From Rhodanobacteraceae bacterium (GTDB taxonomy: Bacteria; Pseudomonadota; Gammaproteobacteria; Xanthomonadales; Rhodanobacteraceae), in NCBI GenBank assembly GCA_025924775.1, contig JAICHS010000001.1, forward strand, positions 1-50,538: 50,538 nt of DNA. The letters are read 5' to 3'. Shown piece by piece: positions 1 to 10,078 of the stretch. How positions within the stretch are numbered: position 1 is the first letter of the stretch; each line of letters starts with the position of its first letter. The position numbers and the translations under genes are program-made. The notes under the pieces are model-generated. The model ran no database searches, was not told the origin of the DNA, and was given only the letters and a program-made list of their open reading frames with translations.

Positions 1-408
1 CGCCACGCCGCAGTAGTGGTCGAGCAGGCGGAACATCGGGTGGCCACGCTGCAGGTCCTCGTGCACCTCGTCGGTGCACCACACCTGCAGCGGTTGGCGG
101 TGTTCGCGCAACATGCACAGGCCGGTGGTGTGGTCGATCTGGGCGTCGACCAACACGATCGCGGCGATGCCCGTGTCACGAATCGCGCGTGCGGGCTGGG
201 CGCCCGGAAACACGCGCAACTGGGTCAGGATGTCGGGCGACGCGTTGCAAAGCAGCCAGTTTTCTCCGTCACCCGTGACCGCAATGGATGACTGCGTGCG
301 CGGGCGCGCGTTGACGGTGCCATTGCGCACGCCGGCGCACAGGCGGCAGTTGCAGTTCCACTGCGGGAAGCCGCCGCCGGCCGAGGACCCGAGGACGTGG
401 ACGCGCAC
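1..408 (-). CDS. pqqB: Coenzyme PQQ biosynthesis protein B (PqqB), 5' part only; the gene runs off the left edge
   Basis: Own reverse translation; this frame is open at the window edge and so is absent from the ORF track. GTG at 408, with an in-frame TGA just upstream, gives [69 protein letters not shown]...[14 protein letters not shown]. The [15 protein letters not shown] and TQSSIAV / NASPDI blocks are PqqB hallmarks. It lies 67 nt downstream of pqqA. Confidence 0.85.
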   Translation of the reverse strand, partial: MRVHVLGSSAGGGFPQWNCNCRLCAGVRNGTVNARPRTQSSIAVTGDGENWLLCNASPDILTQLRVFPGAQPARAIRDTGIAAIVLVDAQIDHTTGLCMLREHRQPLQVWCTDEVHEDLQRGHPMFRLLDHYCGVA

Positions 409-475
409 CGTTGCCAGCGCCGGTCAGTGCCGCGAAAGCGGAACGGCCGCGAACAGGCGGCCGTCCCACTGCGGT

Positions 476-550
476 TCACCGCACCGCCACGTACATGGTG
501 ATTTCAAAGCCAAGGCGATGATCGATCGCCTTCGGGGTTTCCCATTTCAT
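476..550 (-). CDS. pqqA: PQQ precursor peptide PqqA (24 aa)
   Basis: The last 24 codons of the spurious 202-aa ORF 476..1084 read MKWETPKAIDHRLGFEITMYVAVR, with ATG at 550 (plus strand cat 548..550). It contains the conserved E-x-x-x-Y (EITMY) from which PQQ is made. Size and position directly upstream of pqqB are canonical. Confidence 0.85.
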   Translation of the reverse strand: MKWETPKAIDHRLGFEITMYVAVR

Positions 551-865
551 GCTGCACCTCCTCGAGGAGTGCGGGCACCGGCCATGGATGACGATGCCTG
601 CGGGAACGTGACCCGGACGCCGTCCGGTTCCATGTCCTTCGAGTGTTGGCCTCGGCGTGCCCATGGGCATCCGGGTGTTCTGGATTCGATACTGGCGATT
701 TTCTTGATTTTTGCCCCGCGCCTTGCCACGACCCCGGCTTGTGCGGCTTGCGGGCGCGGGACACAATCCATGCCGATTGGCGACGCGGCGCACCGCGCGC
801 GTCGCCGGCGGATTCCGGGCGAGGAACCACATGTCGCAACTGCCAGTCATCACGTGGGGTGCGCA

Positions 866-2206
866 GTGAGCTTGCGCCTGCAGGTCAACCTGGTGCTGGC
901 CAGCGTGATCGCGGTGTTCGTGTGTGCGTTGCTGGCCTTGGGCGTCCTGAATACGCGGGCGAGCGTGGAGGCCGAGACGGTGGCGGCGCACAAGGTGGCC
1001 ACCTACCTGATAGAGAAGACCGCGGTGGTCTATCGCGGCGCCAGCCTGCCGTTGGTCGAATCCGAACTGCGGCGCCTTGGCCACGTCCGGTCCGCGGAAA
1101 TCACCCTGTACGGGCCGACCGGGGGGTTGTTGTATCGTTCTCCGCCTGCCACCTACAAGGCCGGCAGGTACGCGCCCGGCTGGTATTCGCGCCTGGTGGC
1201 GCCGGCGCCCATGACCAGCCGGATCAGCTTTGCCAATGCGACGGTGGTGATTCGCGCCGACGCCTCACGCGCGGTCCTGGACGGCTGGGACGAAAGTGTA
1301 GCGCTGCTGAAGATCGGGGTGGTGGTGCTGGTCATCGGCAACCTGCTGGTGTTCTGGCTGATCGGGCGCGCGACCCGCCCCTTCCGCACGATCGTGGGCG
1401 CGTTGGAAGGGATGGAGGCCGGCGACTACCACAGCCGCCTGCCCGACCTGCACGGCGGCGAGGCCGGCAAGATCGCGCACGCCTTCAACCGCGCCGCGCA
1501 GGCGATCGGCGACAACCTGTCGGCGCGCAACGAAGCGGCCGCCGCCACCCTGCGCGCCGAGTACCACCGCAGCCTCGCCGTCGCGGTGCAGGAGCGGCTG
1601 GACAATGAACGCCGCCGGTTTGCGCGCGAACTGCACGACGACACCAGCCAGTCGATCACCGCCATTCGCAGCATGGCGTTGGCGTTGACGCATGCCGATC
1701 CCGACGATCACGCCGGCACCCGCGAGACGGCCAGCCTGCTCGCGGCCACGGCTGGCGAATTGTATGCAGCCGTGCATGACCTGATTCCGCGCCTGGATGC
1801 GCCGGACCTCGACCAGCTGAGCCTGGCCGAAGCGATTGCCGAGCGGGTGCCGTACTGGCGGCGGGAATACCCGGGGGTGGCGATCACCACCTCGCTGTCG
1901 CTGCCCGTCGACGCCCTGGGCACCAGTTACGCGCTGGCGGCGTACCGCATCGTCCAGGAAGCCGTCGCCAACGCCTGTCGGCATGCGGGGGCGCGCACCA
2001 TCGACATCGTGATCGACCACGCGGACAAGTCGCTGCGGGTGCAGGTGTGCGACGATGGCCGTGGCCTTGCCGCGGACTGGCAGCGGCCCGGGCATTTCGG
2101 CGTGCGCGGGATGCGCGAACGGGCCGATGCGCTGGGCGGCTCCGTGGTCGTGGAAAATCGTACGGAGGGCGGGGTGCGCGTGCGCGCGGTCCTGCCATTG
2201 GAGTGA
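866..2206 (+). CDS. Two-component sensor histidine kinase (2 TM, HAMP, HisKA_3 H-box, HATPase_c; NarX/DesK-type)
   Basis: Frame of ORF 74..2206. The first ~260 codons are Arg/Pro-rich shadow overlapping pqqA/pqqB, so I trimmed to GTG 866 (alternative ATG 770). TM1 is VSLRLQVNLVLASVIAVFVCALLALGV and TM2 is VALLKIGVVVLVIGNLLVFWLIG, followed by a HAMP-like RPFRTIVGALEGMEAGDY. H-box is FARELHDDTSQSITAIRS. ATPase boxes are QEAVANACRHAGA, CDDGRGL and GVRGMRERADALGG. Confidence 0.8.
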   Translation: MSLRLQVNLVLASVIAVFVCALLALGVLNTRASVEAETVAAHKVATYLIEKTAVVYRGASLPLVESELRRLGHVRSAEITLYGPTGGLLYRSPPATYKAGRYAPGWYSRLVAPAPMTSRISFANATVVIRADASRAVLDGWDESVALLKIGVVVLVIGNLLVFWLIGRATRPFRTIVGALEGMEAGDYHSRLPDLHGGEAGKIAHAFNRAAQAIGDNLSARNEAAAATLRAEYHRSLAVAVQERLDNERRRFARELHDDTSQSITAIRSMALALTHADPDDHAGTRETASLLAATAGELYAAVHDLIPRLDAPDLDQLSLAEAIAERVPYWRREYPGVAITTSLSLPVDALGTSYALAAYRIVQEAVANACRHAGARTIDIVIDHADKSLRVQVCDDGRGLAADWQRPGHFGVRGMRERADALGGSVVVENRTEGGVRVRAVLPLE

Positions 2207-2856
2207 CCACGGATACCGATTCGACAGTGCGGGTGATGCTGGTGGACGATCACGCCATCGTACGGCGGGGCTTCCGCCTGCTGCTGGACGCCTGCGCCGA
2301 CGTGGAAGTCGTGGCCGAGGCCGGCGACGGCGAGCAGGCGATCGCCGGTTACGCGGCAGCCGCGCCGGATGTGGTGGTGATGGACTTGTCGATGCCGGGC
2401 ATGGGTGGACTGGAGGCGCTGCGCCGCCTGCTGTTGCGCTATCCGGACGCCAAGGTGCTGGTGCTGTCGGCGCACGAAAACGCCGCGTACGCACGGCGGG
2501 CCTTGAAGGCCGGTGCGTTGGGTTACCTGACCAAGCGGACCGCGCCGGAGGAACTGATCAAGGCACTCCCGGTCGCGGCTTCCGGGCGCCTGTTCCTGGA
2601 CCGGGAGATCGCCCAGCAGATGGTCGCGGGAACCCTGCAAGGCAATCCCGAGGCCATCGAAACGCTGTCGCGGCGCGAGTTCACGGTGTTCCTGGAGCTG
2701 GCGCGCGGGCGCAGCGTGAAACAAGTCGCGCAGGATCTTTCGGTTTCCGCCGGCACCGTCGGCACCCATCTTTACAACATCAAGCAGAAGCTCGGCGTCG
2801 GCAACCAGGCCGAGATGGCCTTGATCGCGGTGCGCAATGGCTTGATCGACCCGTAG
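2203..2856 (+). CDS. Response regulator, NarL/LuxR family (receiver + LuxR HTH)
   Basis: GTG 2203 overlaps the kinase stop (GTGA); the alternative start is ATG 2236. Receiver: VRVMLVDDHAIVRRGFRLLL ... DVVVMDLSMPGMGGLEAL ... VLVLSAHE. C-terminal HTH: LSRREFTVFLELARGRSVKQVAQDLSVSAGTVGTHLYNIKQKLGV. Confidence 0.85.
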   Translation: MTTDTDSTVRVMLVDDHAIVRRGFRLLLDACADVEVVAEAGDGEQAIAGYAAAAPDVVVMDLSMPGMGGLEALRRLLLRYPDAKVLVLSAHENAAYARRALKAGALGYLTKRTAPEELIKALPVAASGRLFLDREIAQQMVAGTLQGNPEAIETLSRREFTVFLELARGRSVKQVAQDLSVSAGTVGTHLYNIKQKLGVGNQAEMALIAVRNGLIDP

Positions 2857-2892
2857 CGGTGCGAACTGGTGGATTGCCCGCCGCGCGGCGAC

Positions 2893-3378
2893 TCAACGGT
2901 ACGGGTCGGCGATGCCGAGCGTCGCCAGGATCCGGGTTTCCAGTGCTTCCATCCGTTCCGCTTCGCGCGCCACCTGATGGTCGTAACCCAGCAGGTGCAA
3001 CACGCCGTGCACCGTCAGGTGGGCGTAGTGGTCGCGCAGCGGCTTGCCCTGTTCGCGCGCTTCGCGTGCCACCACCGGCGCGCAGATCGCAAGGTCGCCC
3101 AGCAACAGCGAAGCCACGCCGCGCGGCAGCTCGACGGGAAACGACAGTACGTTGGTGGCGTAATCCTTGCCGCGATACTGCCGGTTGAGCGCGCGGCCTT
3201 CGCGGGCGCCGACGATGCGGATCGAAAGTTCGGCCGGCCTGCGGTGGCGTGCGCCCCGCAACGCGGCCTCCACCCACTGCCGGAAGCTTGCGGGTGCGGG
3301 TACGCCGCGGCGCGGCGCGGCATAGCCCAAGTGGACGCACGCACCCGGTTGGTCGCGGCTGCCCGCGGCTTGGGTCAT
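2893..3378 (-). CDS. ybeY: Endoribonuclease YbeY (rRNA maturation metalloprotease)
   Basis: 161 aa with the zinc motif [19 protein letters not shown] overlap with the upstream phoH-like gene, in the classic miaB-phoH-ybeY order. Confidence 0.9.
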   Translation of the reverse strand: MTQAAGSRDQPGACVHLGYAAPRRGVPAPASFRQWVEAALRGARHRRPAELSIRIVGAREGRALNRQYRGKDYATNVLSFPVELPRGVASLLLGDLAICAPVVAREAREQGKPLRDHYAHLTVHGVLHLLGYDHQVAREAERMEALETRILATLGIADPYR

Positions 3379-4406
3379 GGACGCGCGCCGTCGCGGGGCA
3401 TGCGCGTGCCGGAACCGGGCAGGCCGTCGCGATTGCCGTTGGCTTCCTCGGCCCTTTCGTAGGCGCGCACGATCTTGGCCACCAGCGGGTGCCGCACCAC
3501 GTCGCGCGCGGTGAAAAAGGTGAAGCTGATGCCTTCGACCCCGCGCAGCACTTCGATCACGTTGCGCAGGCCCGAGCGCGTGTTGTGTGGCAGGTCCACC
3601 TGCGTGACATCCCCGGTGACGACGGTGGTGGTGCCAAAACCGATGCGGGTCAGGAACATCTTCATCTGCTCGACGGTGCTGTTTTGCGCCTCGTCCAGGA
3701 TCACGAACGAATCGTTGAGCGTGCGCCCGCGCATGTAGGCCAGCGGCGCGATCTCGATCACGCTGCGTTCGATCAGGCGCGCCACCTTTTCGAAACCGAG
3801 CATTTCATACAGCGCGTCGTACAACGGGCGCAAGTACGGATCGACCTTCTGCGTCAGGTCGCCCGGCAGGAAACCCAGTTTTTCGCCGGCCTCGACCGCG
3901 GGGCGCACCAGGATCAGGCGCTGCACCCGGCCGTTTTCCAACGCTTCCACTGCGCTGGCGACCGCAAGATAGGTCTTGCCGGTGCCGGCCGGGCCGATGC
4001 CGAAGTTGATGTCGTGGGTGGCGATCGCGTGCAGGTAGCGCACCTGGTTGGGACCGCGCCCGCGCACGCTGCCGCGCTTCACCTTGATGGTGATTTCCTG
4101 CGCGCCCTCGGCCTGCTTTTCCGCCAGCGCGTCGACACCCGCTTCGGACAGGCGCACGTTGAGCACGCGCCCGTTGAGCGTTTCGTGTTCGGTCGCGGCG
4201 TACAGACTGCGCAGCACGCGTTCGCCCGATTTCACCGCTTCGCCTTCGCCGATCACGCGGAATACGTTGCCGCGGTTGCTGATCTCGACGCCCAGGCGCA
4301 GCTCGATCTGGCGCAGGTGCTCGTCGAACGGCCCGCACAGGTTGGCCAGCCGGTGGGTGTCGTCGGGCACGAGCGTGAAATCATGCTGGACGAGCGCTGC
4401 GGTCAT
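3375..4406 (-). CDS. phoH: PhoH-like ATPase (YbeZ)
   Basis: 343 aa with Walker [14 protein letters not shown], then [20 protein letters not shown] and FVILDEAQN. 4-nt overlaps with miaB upstream and ybeY downstream. Confidence 0.9.
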   Translation of the reverse strand: MTAALVQHDFTLVPDDTHRLANLCGPFDEHLRQIELRLGVEISNRGNVFRVIGEGEAVKSGERVLRSLYAATEHETLNGRVLNVRLSEAGVDALAEKQAEGAQEITIKVKRGSVRGRGPNQVRYLHAIATHDINFGIGPAGTGKTYLAVASAVEALENGRVQRLILVRPAVEAGEKLGFLPGDLTQKVDPYLRPLYDALYEMLGFEKVARLIERSVIEIAPLAYMRGRTLNDSFVILDEAQNSTVEQMKMFLTRIGFGTTTVVTGDVTQVDLPHNTRSGLRNVIEVLRGVEGISFTFFTARDVVRHPLVAKIVRAYERAEEANGNRDGLPGSGTRMPRDGARP

Positions 4407-5764
4407 GCGGCTTCGGCGACGCGCGCGCGCAGTGAATTGGCCAGCGCGGCGGTGATCGTCACGTCGACGAACTGGCCGACCAGTCCGGCCTCGCCCGCAA
4501 AGTTCACCTGGCGCATGTTCTCGGTCTTGCCGGTCAGCTCGTTCGGATTTTTCTTCGACGGGCCGGTCACCAGGATGCGTTGGGTGGTGCCGACCATTGC
4601 CTCGCTGATTTTCGCAGCATGGAAGTTGATGACGTTCTGCAGTTGGGTGAGGCGCGCGTGCTTGACCGCGTCCGGCGTCGGATCGAACAGGTTGGCCGCG
4701 GGCGTGCCGGGGCGCTTGGAGAAAATGAAGGAGAAGCTTTGGTCGAAGCCGACGTCCTCGATCAGCTGCAGCGTGGCCGCGAAGTCGGCATCGGTCTCGC
4801 CCGGAAACCCCACGATGAAGTCGCTGGAGATGCAGATGTCGGGGCGCACCGCGCGCAGCTTGGCCATCTTTTCCTTGTACATCGCGGCGGTGTAGTTGCG
4901 CTTCATCAGCATCAGGATGCGGTCGGACCCCGATTGCACCGGCAGGTGCAGGAAGTTGGCCAGCTTGGGCACGTCGCGGTACGCCGCCACCAGTGAATCG
5001 GAGAACTCCAGCGGGTGCGAGGTGGTGAAGCGGATGCGGCCGATGCCGTCGATTTCCGCCACCGCGCGGATCAGCAGCGCAAGGTCGGCCGTGCCACCGC
5101 CGAACATCGGCCCGCGATACGCGTTGACGTTCTGGCCCAGCAGGTTGACCTCTTTCACGCCCTGTGCCGCCAGCGACGCCACTTCGGCCAGCACATCATC
5201 GAACGGCCGGCTGATTTCCTCGCCGCGGGTGTAGGGCACCACGCAGTACGAGCAGTATTTGCTGCAGCCTTCCATGATCGACACGAACGCGCTGGGACCT
5301 TCGGCGCGCGGTTCCGGCAGGCGGTCGAACTTCTCGATTTCGGGAAAGGAGATGTCCACCTGCGGCTTGCCGGTGGCGCGGCGGCGGTCAATCAGGTCGG
5401 GCAGGCGGTGCAGGGTCTGCGGGCCGAACACCAGGTCGACATAGGGCGCGCGCGCGAGGATGGCCGCGCCTTCCTGCGAGGCCACGCAGCCGCCGACGCC
5501 GATCAGCACGTCGGGGTTGGCCTGCTTGAATTCCTTCCAGCGACCCAGCTGCGAAAAGACCTTCTCCTGCGCCTTCTCGCGAATCGAACAGGTGTTCACC
5601 AGGATCACATCGGCTTCGGCCACGTCCTCGGTGCGCAGCATGCCGCGCTCGGCCGCGAGCACTTCCTCCATCTTGCGGGAGTCGTACTCGTTCATCTGGC
5701 AGCCGTGGGTCTGGATGAACAGTCTTTGCGGCCCGGACTTGGCGGGGGCGGGGGTGTCGGCCAT
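4403..5764 (-). CDS. miaB: tRNA-2-methylthio-N6-dimethylallyladenosine synthase MiaB (radical SAM methylthiotransferase)
   Basis: ORF 4403..5947 trimmed to ATG 5764 ([29 protein letters not shown], the typical MiaB N-terminus). Radical SAM cluster is [21 protein letters not shown]-terminal TRAM-like region is present. Confidence 0.9.
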   Translation of the reverse strand: MADTPAPAKSGPQRLFIQTHGCQMNEYDSRKMEEVLAAERGMLRTEDVAEADVILVNTCSIREKAQEKVFSQLGRWKEFKQANPDVLIGVGGCVASQEGAAILARAPYVDLVFGPQTLHRLPDLIDRRRATGKPQVDISFPEIEKFDRLPEPRAEGPSAFVSIMEGCSKYCSYCVVPYTRGEEISRPFDDVLAEVASLAAQGVKEVNLLGQNVNAYRGPMFGGGTADLALLIRAVAEIDGIGRIRFTTSHPLEFSDSLVAAYRDVPKLANFLHLPVQSGSDRILMLMKRNYTAAMYKEKMAKLRAVRPDICISSDFIVGFPGETDADFAATLQLIEDVGFDQSFSFIFSKRPGTPAANLFDPTPDAVKHARLTQLQNVINFHAAKISEAMVGTTQRILVTGPSKKNPNELTGKTENMRQVNFAGEAGLVGQFVDVTITAALANSLRARVAEAA

Positions 5765-5890
5765 CGTGGGCGGTGCTGCGGGCGGAAACCCGCATTGTAG
5801 CCGGCTGTGGCGGCGCAGGCCGCGTGGTGGCGTCGAAACCGTGAACGGGGCGCTTGGCAAGGCGCGCCGACAGGGGCACACTGCCGCCCC

Positions 5891-7096
5891 ATGAGTGCCA
5901 TTTCCTGCCCGGGGGCGCGCGGCGGCAGGCAGCACGGGCCGCGTCAAGCATCCAGTTCGCGCCGGTGGATCGGCTTGGCGTGCATGCTGTTGCTGGCCTC
6001 GGCGTGGGCCGGGCCGGCCGCTGCCAGCGTGCTGTACCGCTGCGTCGGGTCCGGTGGCGAGGCGGCCTACGTCAGCAACCCGGCGGGTTATCGGCAGTGC
6101 GTGAAACTAGGCCAGTGGCACACGCCGGCGGCGCATCGCGTCGAGGCCAGCCGGCACGTCGTGCAGAAACGCGAACAAGCCAGCGGCGCGCAGTTGCCGG
6201 GTACGCCGCCCCGTTCGGTCAAGGCCAACCCGGCCATCCTGAAGATCACGCCGCTCGGCAATGACGCCGCGCCGGTGGTGGCGCCGGCGCCGCCTGTCGC
6301 GCAGGCATGGCGGCCGTTCCCGATGGTGGCGCTGGATACGTTGGGGACCTGGGTGTTGCCACGCTTGCTGGGCGTCCAGCTGGCGCCGGCGCGCCCCGTG
6401 CCGGCACCGCCTGCGAGTGCGCCGGCGTCGGCAGCCAGCGCGCCCATTCCCCTGAGGGTGGCCACCGTCGCGGCGCCCACGCCGCCGCGCAAGGGCGCGG
6501 TGTATCGCGTGAAACTGAAGAACGGCACCGTGCTGTACACCAACGTCGCGTCGCTCACCAAGGGCCACGACACCAAGACGCTGTTTACCTACATCGAGGT
6601 CTGTTACGCGTGCAACCTGCATTCCAAGGTTGACTGGGGCACGGTGCCGCTGCAACTGGCTGCGTACCACGGCGACATCGTCGTGGCGGCGAAATTGACG
6701 GGCGTGGACGCCGCGTTGTTGCGTGCGGTGATCCATGCCGAGTCGGGGTTCAACCCGCGCGCGTTGTCGTACAAGGGCGCGCAGGGCCTGATGCAATTGA
6801 TGCCGGGTACCGCGTTCGAGTTGGGCGTGGGCAATGCCTTCGATCCCGCCCAGAACATTTCCGGCGGCGCACGCTACCTGGCCACGCTGCTGCACGCTTT
6901 CCATGGCGACGTCAGCCTGGCGGCGGCAGCCTACAACGCCGGCGCCGGCGCGGTGGCGAAGTACGGTGGCGTGCCGCCGTATGCGGAAACCCAGGTGTAC
7001 GTGAAGCGCGTCGCCTTGCTGTACCAGCGCTACCACAAGGCCTTGCTGGCGCGTCCGGCCGCAACGCTGGCGACGGCGGCCGCAGCTGCCGACTGA
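5891..7096 (+). CDS. Exported lytic transglycosylase (N-terminal DUF4124-like module + C-terminal SLT domain)
   Basis: ORF 5807..7096 trimmed to ATG 5891. Signal-like [20 protein letters not shown], then [27 protein letters not shown] catalytic block is [28 protein letters not shown], plus [26 protein letters not shown]. Confidence 0.8.
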   Translation: MSAISCPGARGGRQHGPRQASSSRRWIGLACMLLLASAWAGPAAASVLYRCVGSGGEAAYVSNPAGYRQCVKLGQWHTPAAHRVEASRHVVQKREQASGAQLPGTPPRSVKANPAILKITPLGNDAAPVVAPAPPVAQAWRPFPMVALDTLGTWVLPRLLGVQLAPARPVPAPPASAPASAASAPIPLRVATVAAPTPPRKGAVYRVKLKNGTVLYTNVASLTKGHDTKTLFTYIEVCYACNLHSKVDWGTVPLQLAAYHGDIVVAAKLTGVDAALLRAVIHAESGFNPRALSYKGAQGLMQLMPGTAFELGVGNAFDPAQNISGGARYLATLLHAFHGDVSLAAAAYNAGAGAVAKYGGVPPYAETQVYVKRVALLYQRYHKALLARPAATLATAAAAAD

Positions 7097-7100
7097 CCGC

Positions 7101-7907
7101 TCAGCGCTTCAGCTCGGAAGTGAGCGACGGCCCGATCGCTTCCACGATCTGTCCGGCCAGCACGTGGTTGGCGGCCACCAGGTTGCCCGATTCCGGCAGG
7201 CCATCGACGCCAGCCATGTTGCAGTAGCGCCCGCCCGCTTCGCGCACGAGCAGGCAACCGGCGGCCATGTCCCAGATCTTGAGCCCGGTTTCGAAATAGC
7301 CGTCCACGCGCCCGGCCGCCGTCCATGCCAGATCCAGTGCGGCCGAACCGGTGCGCCGGATGTCCTCGGCGCGCTTCAGCAGTTCGCGGGTCATGCCCAG
7401 TTGCGCGTCCAGGTGCTGGCGTTCGCGGTACGGAAAGCCCGTGGCCAGCATCGCGCCGTCCAGCGATTCGCGCTTGTCGATGCGCAGCCGACGGTCGTTG
7501 AGGAACGCGCCGTCGCCCTTGCTGGCGGTGTAGATCTCGTTGCGCAGCGGGTCAAGGATCACGCCGTGGATCGGCTCGCCACGATCGAGTTGCGCAATCG
7601 ACACCGCGAAATGCGGAATGCCACGCAGGTAATTGTGGGTGCCATCCAGCGGATCGACCGCCCACGTGTAGCGCGCGCCGGCCTTGCCGGAAGCGCCGGT
7701 TTCCTCGCCGAGGATCGCGTGGTCGGGATAGGCCCGGCGCAACTCGCGCACGATCGTGGCCTCGGCCTCGCGGTCAACGTCCGACACGAAATCCAGATGG
7801 TGCTTCTCCATCACGGTCACGCTGTCGAGGCGATTCATGTAACGCAGGATCACGCTGCCGGCGGCGCGCGCGGCACGGATCGCGACGGTGACGATAGGTC
7901 GGGCCAT
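7101..7907 (-). CDS. suhB: Inositol monophosphatase family protein SuhB
   Basis: 268 aa with motifs ILGEETG, WAVDPLDGTHNY and WDMAAG. Divergent from trmJ, as in enterobacteria. Confidence 0.85.
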   Translation of the reverse strand: MARPIVTVAIRAARAAGSVILRYMNRLDSVTVMEKHHLDFVSDVDREAEATIVRELRRAYPDHAILGEETGASGKAGARYTWAVDPLDGTHNYLRGIPHFAVSIAQLDRGEPIHGVILDPLRNEIYTASKGDGAFLNDRRLRIDKRESLDGAMLATGFPYRERQHLDAQLGMTRELLKRAEDIRRTGSAALDLAWTAAGRVDGYFETGLKIWDMAAGCLLVREAGGRYCNMAGVDGLPESGNLVAANHVLAGQIVEAIGPSLTSELKR

Positions 7908-8001
7908 GGCGATAAGTACGGTCGATTGGAAAAAGAACGCGCCGCACGAAGCGGCGCGCCCGGCATTTTAGCAGCTCCGGGCGACGCGTTAATCTTGCGC
8001 G

Positions 8002-8775
8002 ATGAACCAGTCCACCGCATCCATTCCACCGGCGCCGCAGAGCATCCGCTTCGTGCTGGCGCGCACCTCGCATCCCGGCAACATCGGCTCGGCCGCGCGC
8101 GCCATCCGCACCATGGGTTTCTGGCGCCTGACTTTGGTCGCGCCGCACAAGTATCCCGATCCGCAGGTCAATGCTCTGGCTGCAGGCGCCGATGACGTAC
8201 TGGCCAACCTGGTCGTGGCCGACAGCCTGCCCGCGGCGGTGGCCGACTGCACCCGCGTGTATGGTCTGTCGGCGCGCCGGCGCGGCATCAACCTGCCCGA
8301 ACTCGACCCGCGCGGCGCGATGGCCGAGATCGTGCCACGGCTGCATGCGGGCGAGGAAGTGGCGCTGCTGTTCGGCAACGAGCGTTCGGGCCTCGACAAC
8401 GACGAGCTGTCGGTGTGCCACGCCATGGTCAAGATTCCCAGCGTCGATGATTTCCCGTCGCTCAACCTGTCACAGGCGGTGCAGGTGATGGCGTGGGAAC
8501 TGCGCATGGCCACGCTGGGCCACGTGCCCGCGCCGCCCGCCGCGCACGACGAAGCGGCGGCGGCGGAAGACCTGGAGCAGTTCTTCATCCACCTGTCCGC
8601 GACGCTGGACGCGATCGGCTTCCACAAGGGCCGCACCGCCAAGACCATCAGCCTGCGCCTGCGGCGGTTCTTCCACCGCGCCGCCCCGGACGCGCGCGAA
8701 CTGCGCATCCTGCACGGCATCCTCGCCGATGCCGAGCGCATGGCGAGGTTGGCGGGCGAGCGTGGCGTCGATTGA
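8002..8775 (+). CDS. trmJ: tRNA (cytidine/uridine-2'-O)-methyltransferase TrmJ (SpoU/TrmH class)
   Basis: 257 aa. IRFVLARTSHPGNIGSAARAIRTMG, LLFGNERSGLDNDEL and SLNLSQAVQVMAWELRMA align block by block with the E. coli TrmJ sequence as I recall it. Confidence 0.85.
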   Translation: MNQSTASIPPAPQSIRFVLARTSHPGNIGSAARAIRTMGFWRLTLVAPHKYPDPQVNALAAGADDVLANLVVADSLPAAVADCTRVYGLSARRRGINLPELDPRGAMAEIVPRLHAGEEVALLFGNERSGLDNDELSVCHAMVKIPSVDDFPSLNLSQAVQVMAWELRMATLGHVPAPPAAHDEAAAAEDLEQFFIHLSATLDAIGFHKGRTAKTISLRLRRFFHRAAPDARELRILHGILADAERMARLAGERGVD

Positions 8776-9110
8776 GGGGAGGGTGGTCTGCGATCGACCC
8801 GTTCAAGACATTCGCGGCCTCGCTCGTGTGGTCCCCAAGCTGCCCTTTGGCGTGGAGGCGACAGTGCCACATTCGCGAAATGGGTGCGACGCGCGACGCC
8901 GCGGACGACGTGCCCGCTACAGTTGCCGAGGGCACTTCGCCAAACCGGCCAGGGGCCGCCTGCAACGACCTCACCGCGTATGCGATGCACCATGCACTGC
9001 GTGTCGATTCGCGGTTCCGGCAACTCGCAGAAACACGGCTGCGCCTCTGGAATACGGCGGCTGCATTGCCCGATTGCGCGGGGTGCTGGAAGAACGCCAA
9101 ACGGCAATCC

Positions 9111-9851
9111 TTACTGAAAATACCGAATGCCCCCGTACATCGCGGCCGCGATCGCTGTCGCCGCGAGCCCCAGAATGATGTAGGCCCCTCGCGTCAATCC
9201 CTTGATGATCTGCTGGAATTGCGCGCGATCATTGACCCGTGGAAAGGGCGCTTCCGGCACCGGCACGCCGATGAAATCGCACAGCGGCTGCCAACCCTCG
9301 CTGACGGTGAACACCAGCAAGCGGTCCGGTGGCACCGCAGCCTGTACGTCGGCGATGTGCTGATGGTAGTCGGCGATGGCTTTTGCGCGATCGTTCATGG
9401 TGCCCCGGTGCGCGCGCTGCCAGATCAGCTTGTGGCACATGTCGCCCAGCTTGCGCCCGAACGGCGTGACGAGCTCGAGAACCTTGAACTGCCATAGTGA
9501 CTCGGTGAAATAGATGGTGGCCCGGGTACTTTCGTACCACGCGTCGGCGCCACCCGGATGCAGGGACAACAGGATCTTGGCGTCGGGGTAGGCGGCGACC
9601 AGTTCACGCCACACGCTGCTCGCGGGGTTGTCCACCGCGGCGGTGTACTTGGAGAACACGGTTTCCCAATCGTGTTGCTGGCCTGCAGGCTGGTTGGCGA
9701 CCATCCGCCAGAAACCGAGATGCGACTTGTTGTTCTTGTTCTCCAGGACTTCGAGCATGTGATAGCACGGGAACCCGAGTTGGTTGAGTGCAGTGCAGAT
9801 CGACATGGTGCCGGTGCGGCCGAAGCCGGCGCCGATGATCTTCAGGGGCAT
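9111..9851 (-). CDS. PAPS-type sulfotransferase family protein (Sulfotransfer_4-like) with a C-terminal transmembrane anchor
   Basis: 246 aa, ATG at 9851. N-terminal 5'-PSB-like loop is MPLKIIGAGFGRTGTMS. The C-terminal hydrophobic helix is GAYIILGLAATAIAAAMYGGI. Family assignment is from motif memory only. Confidence 0.65.
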   Translation of the reverse strand: MPLKIIGAGFGRTGTMSICTALNQLGFPCYHMLEVLENKNNKSHLGFWRMVANQPAGQQHDWETVFSKYTAAVDNPASSVWRELVAAYPDAKILLSLHPGGADAWYESTRATIYFTESLWQFKVLELVTPFGRKLGDMCHKLIWQRAHRGTMNDRAKAIADYHQHIADVQAAVPPDRLLVFTVSEGWQPLCDFIGVPVPEAPFPRVNDRAQFQQIIKGLTRGAYIILGLAATAIAAAMYGGIRYFQ

Positions 9852-10078
9852 TGCGCGCCTCCACGTTTTTCGTCAATACGGGACCGTCGCCCGCAGTTTG
9901 TATGCACGAGCGATGCCGGCGAGCTTCATCGCCGCGGCAGGAATCCACTTCATCACGCGCCATCCCCGCGCGTAGCGGGCGTCATTCTGGCACGGCGGGT
10001 GCGTGGCCGCAGGTCAAGCCCGCGGAGCGGGTCCCGGGGGCCGGAAAGCGGACTGTCGACACGGACAGGAACGAGCCG

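Noticed and set aside
5765-5947. 61-codon N-terminal extension of miaB, with similar long 5' extensions on pyrD, the SDR at 26329, the ABC exporter, sqs, the hemerythrin gene and the lytic transglycosylase
   Set aside because: The extensions are Arg/Pro-rich, often cross into neighbouring genes or promoters, and precede internal ATGs. Those internal ATGs match the canonical family N-termini, and several have clear Shine-Dalgarno sequences.
8776-9110. ORFs 8729..9178 (+), 8884..9117 (+) and 8648..9100 (-) as possible small genes
   Set aside because: All three overlap each other. They are Arg/Cys/Pro-rich with no motif, signal peptide or RBS that I could see. I treated the stretch as non-coding (see the sulfotransferase finding), although an sRNA cannot be excluded.
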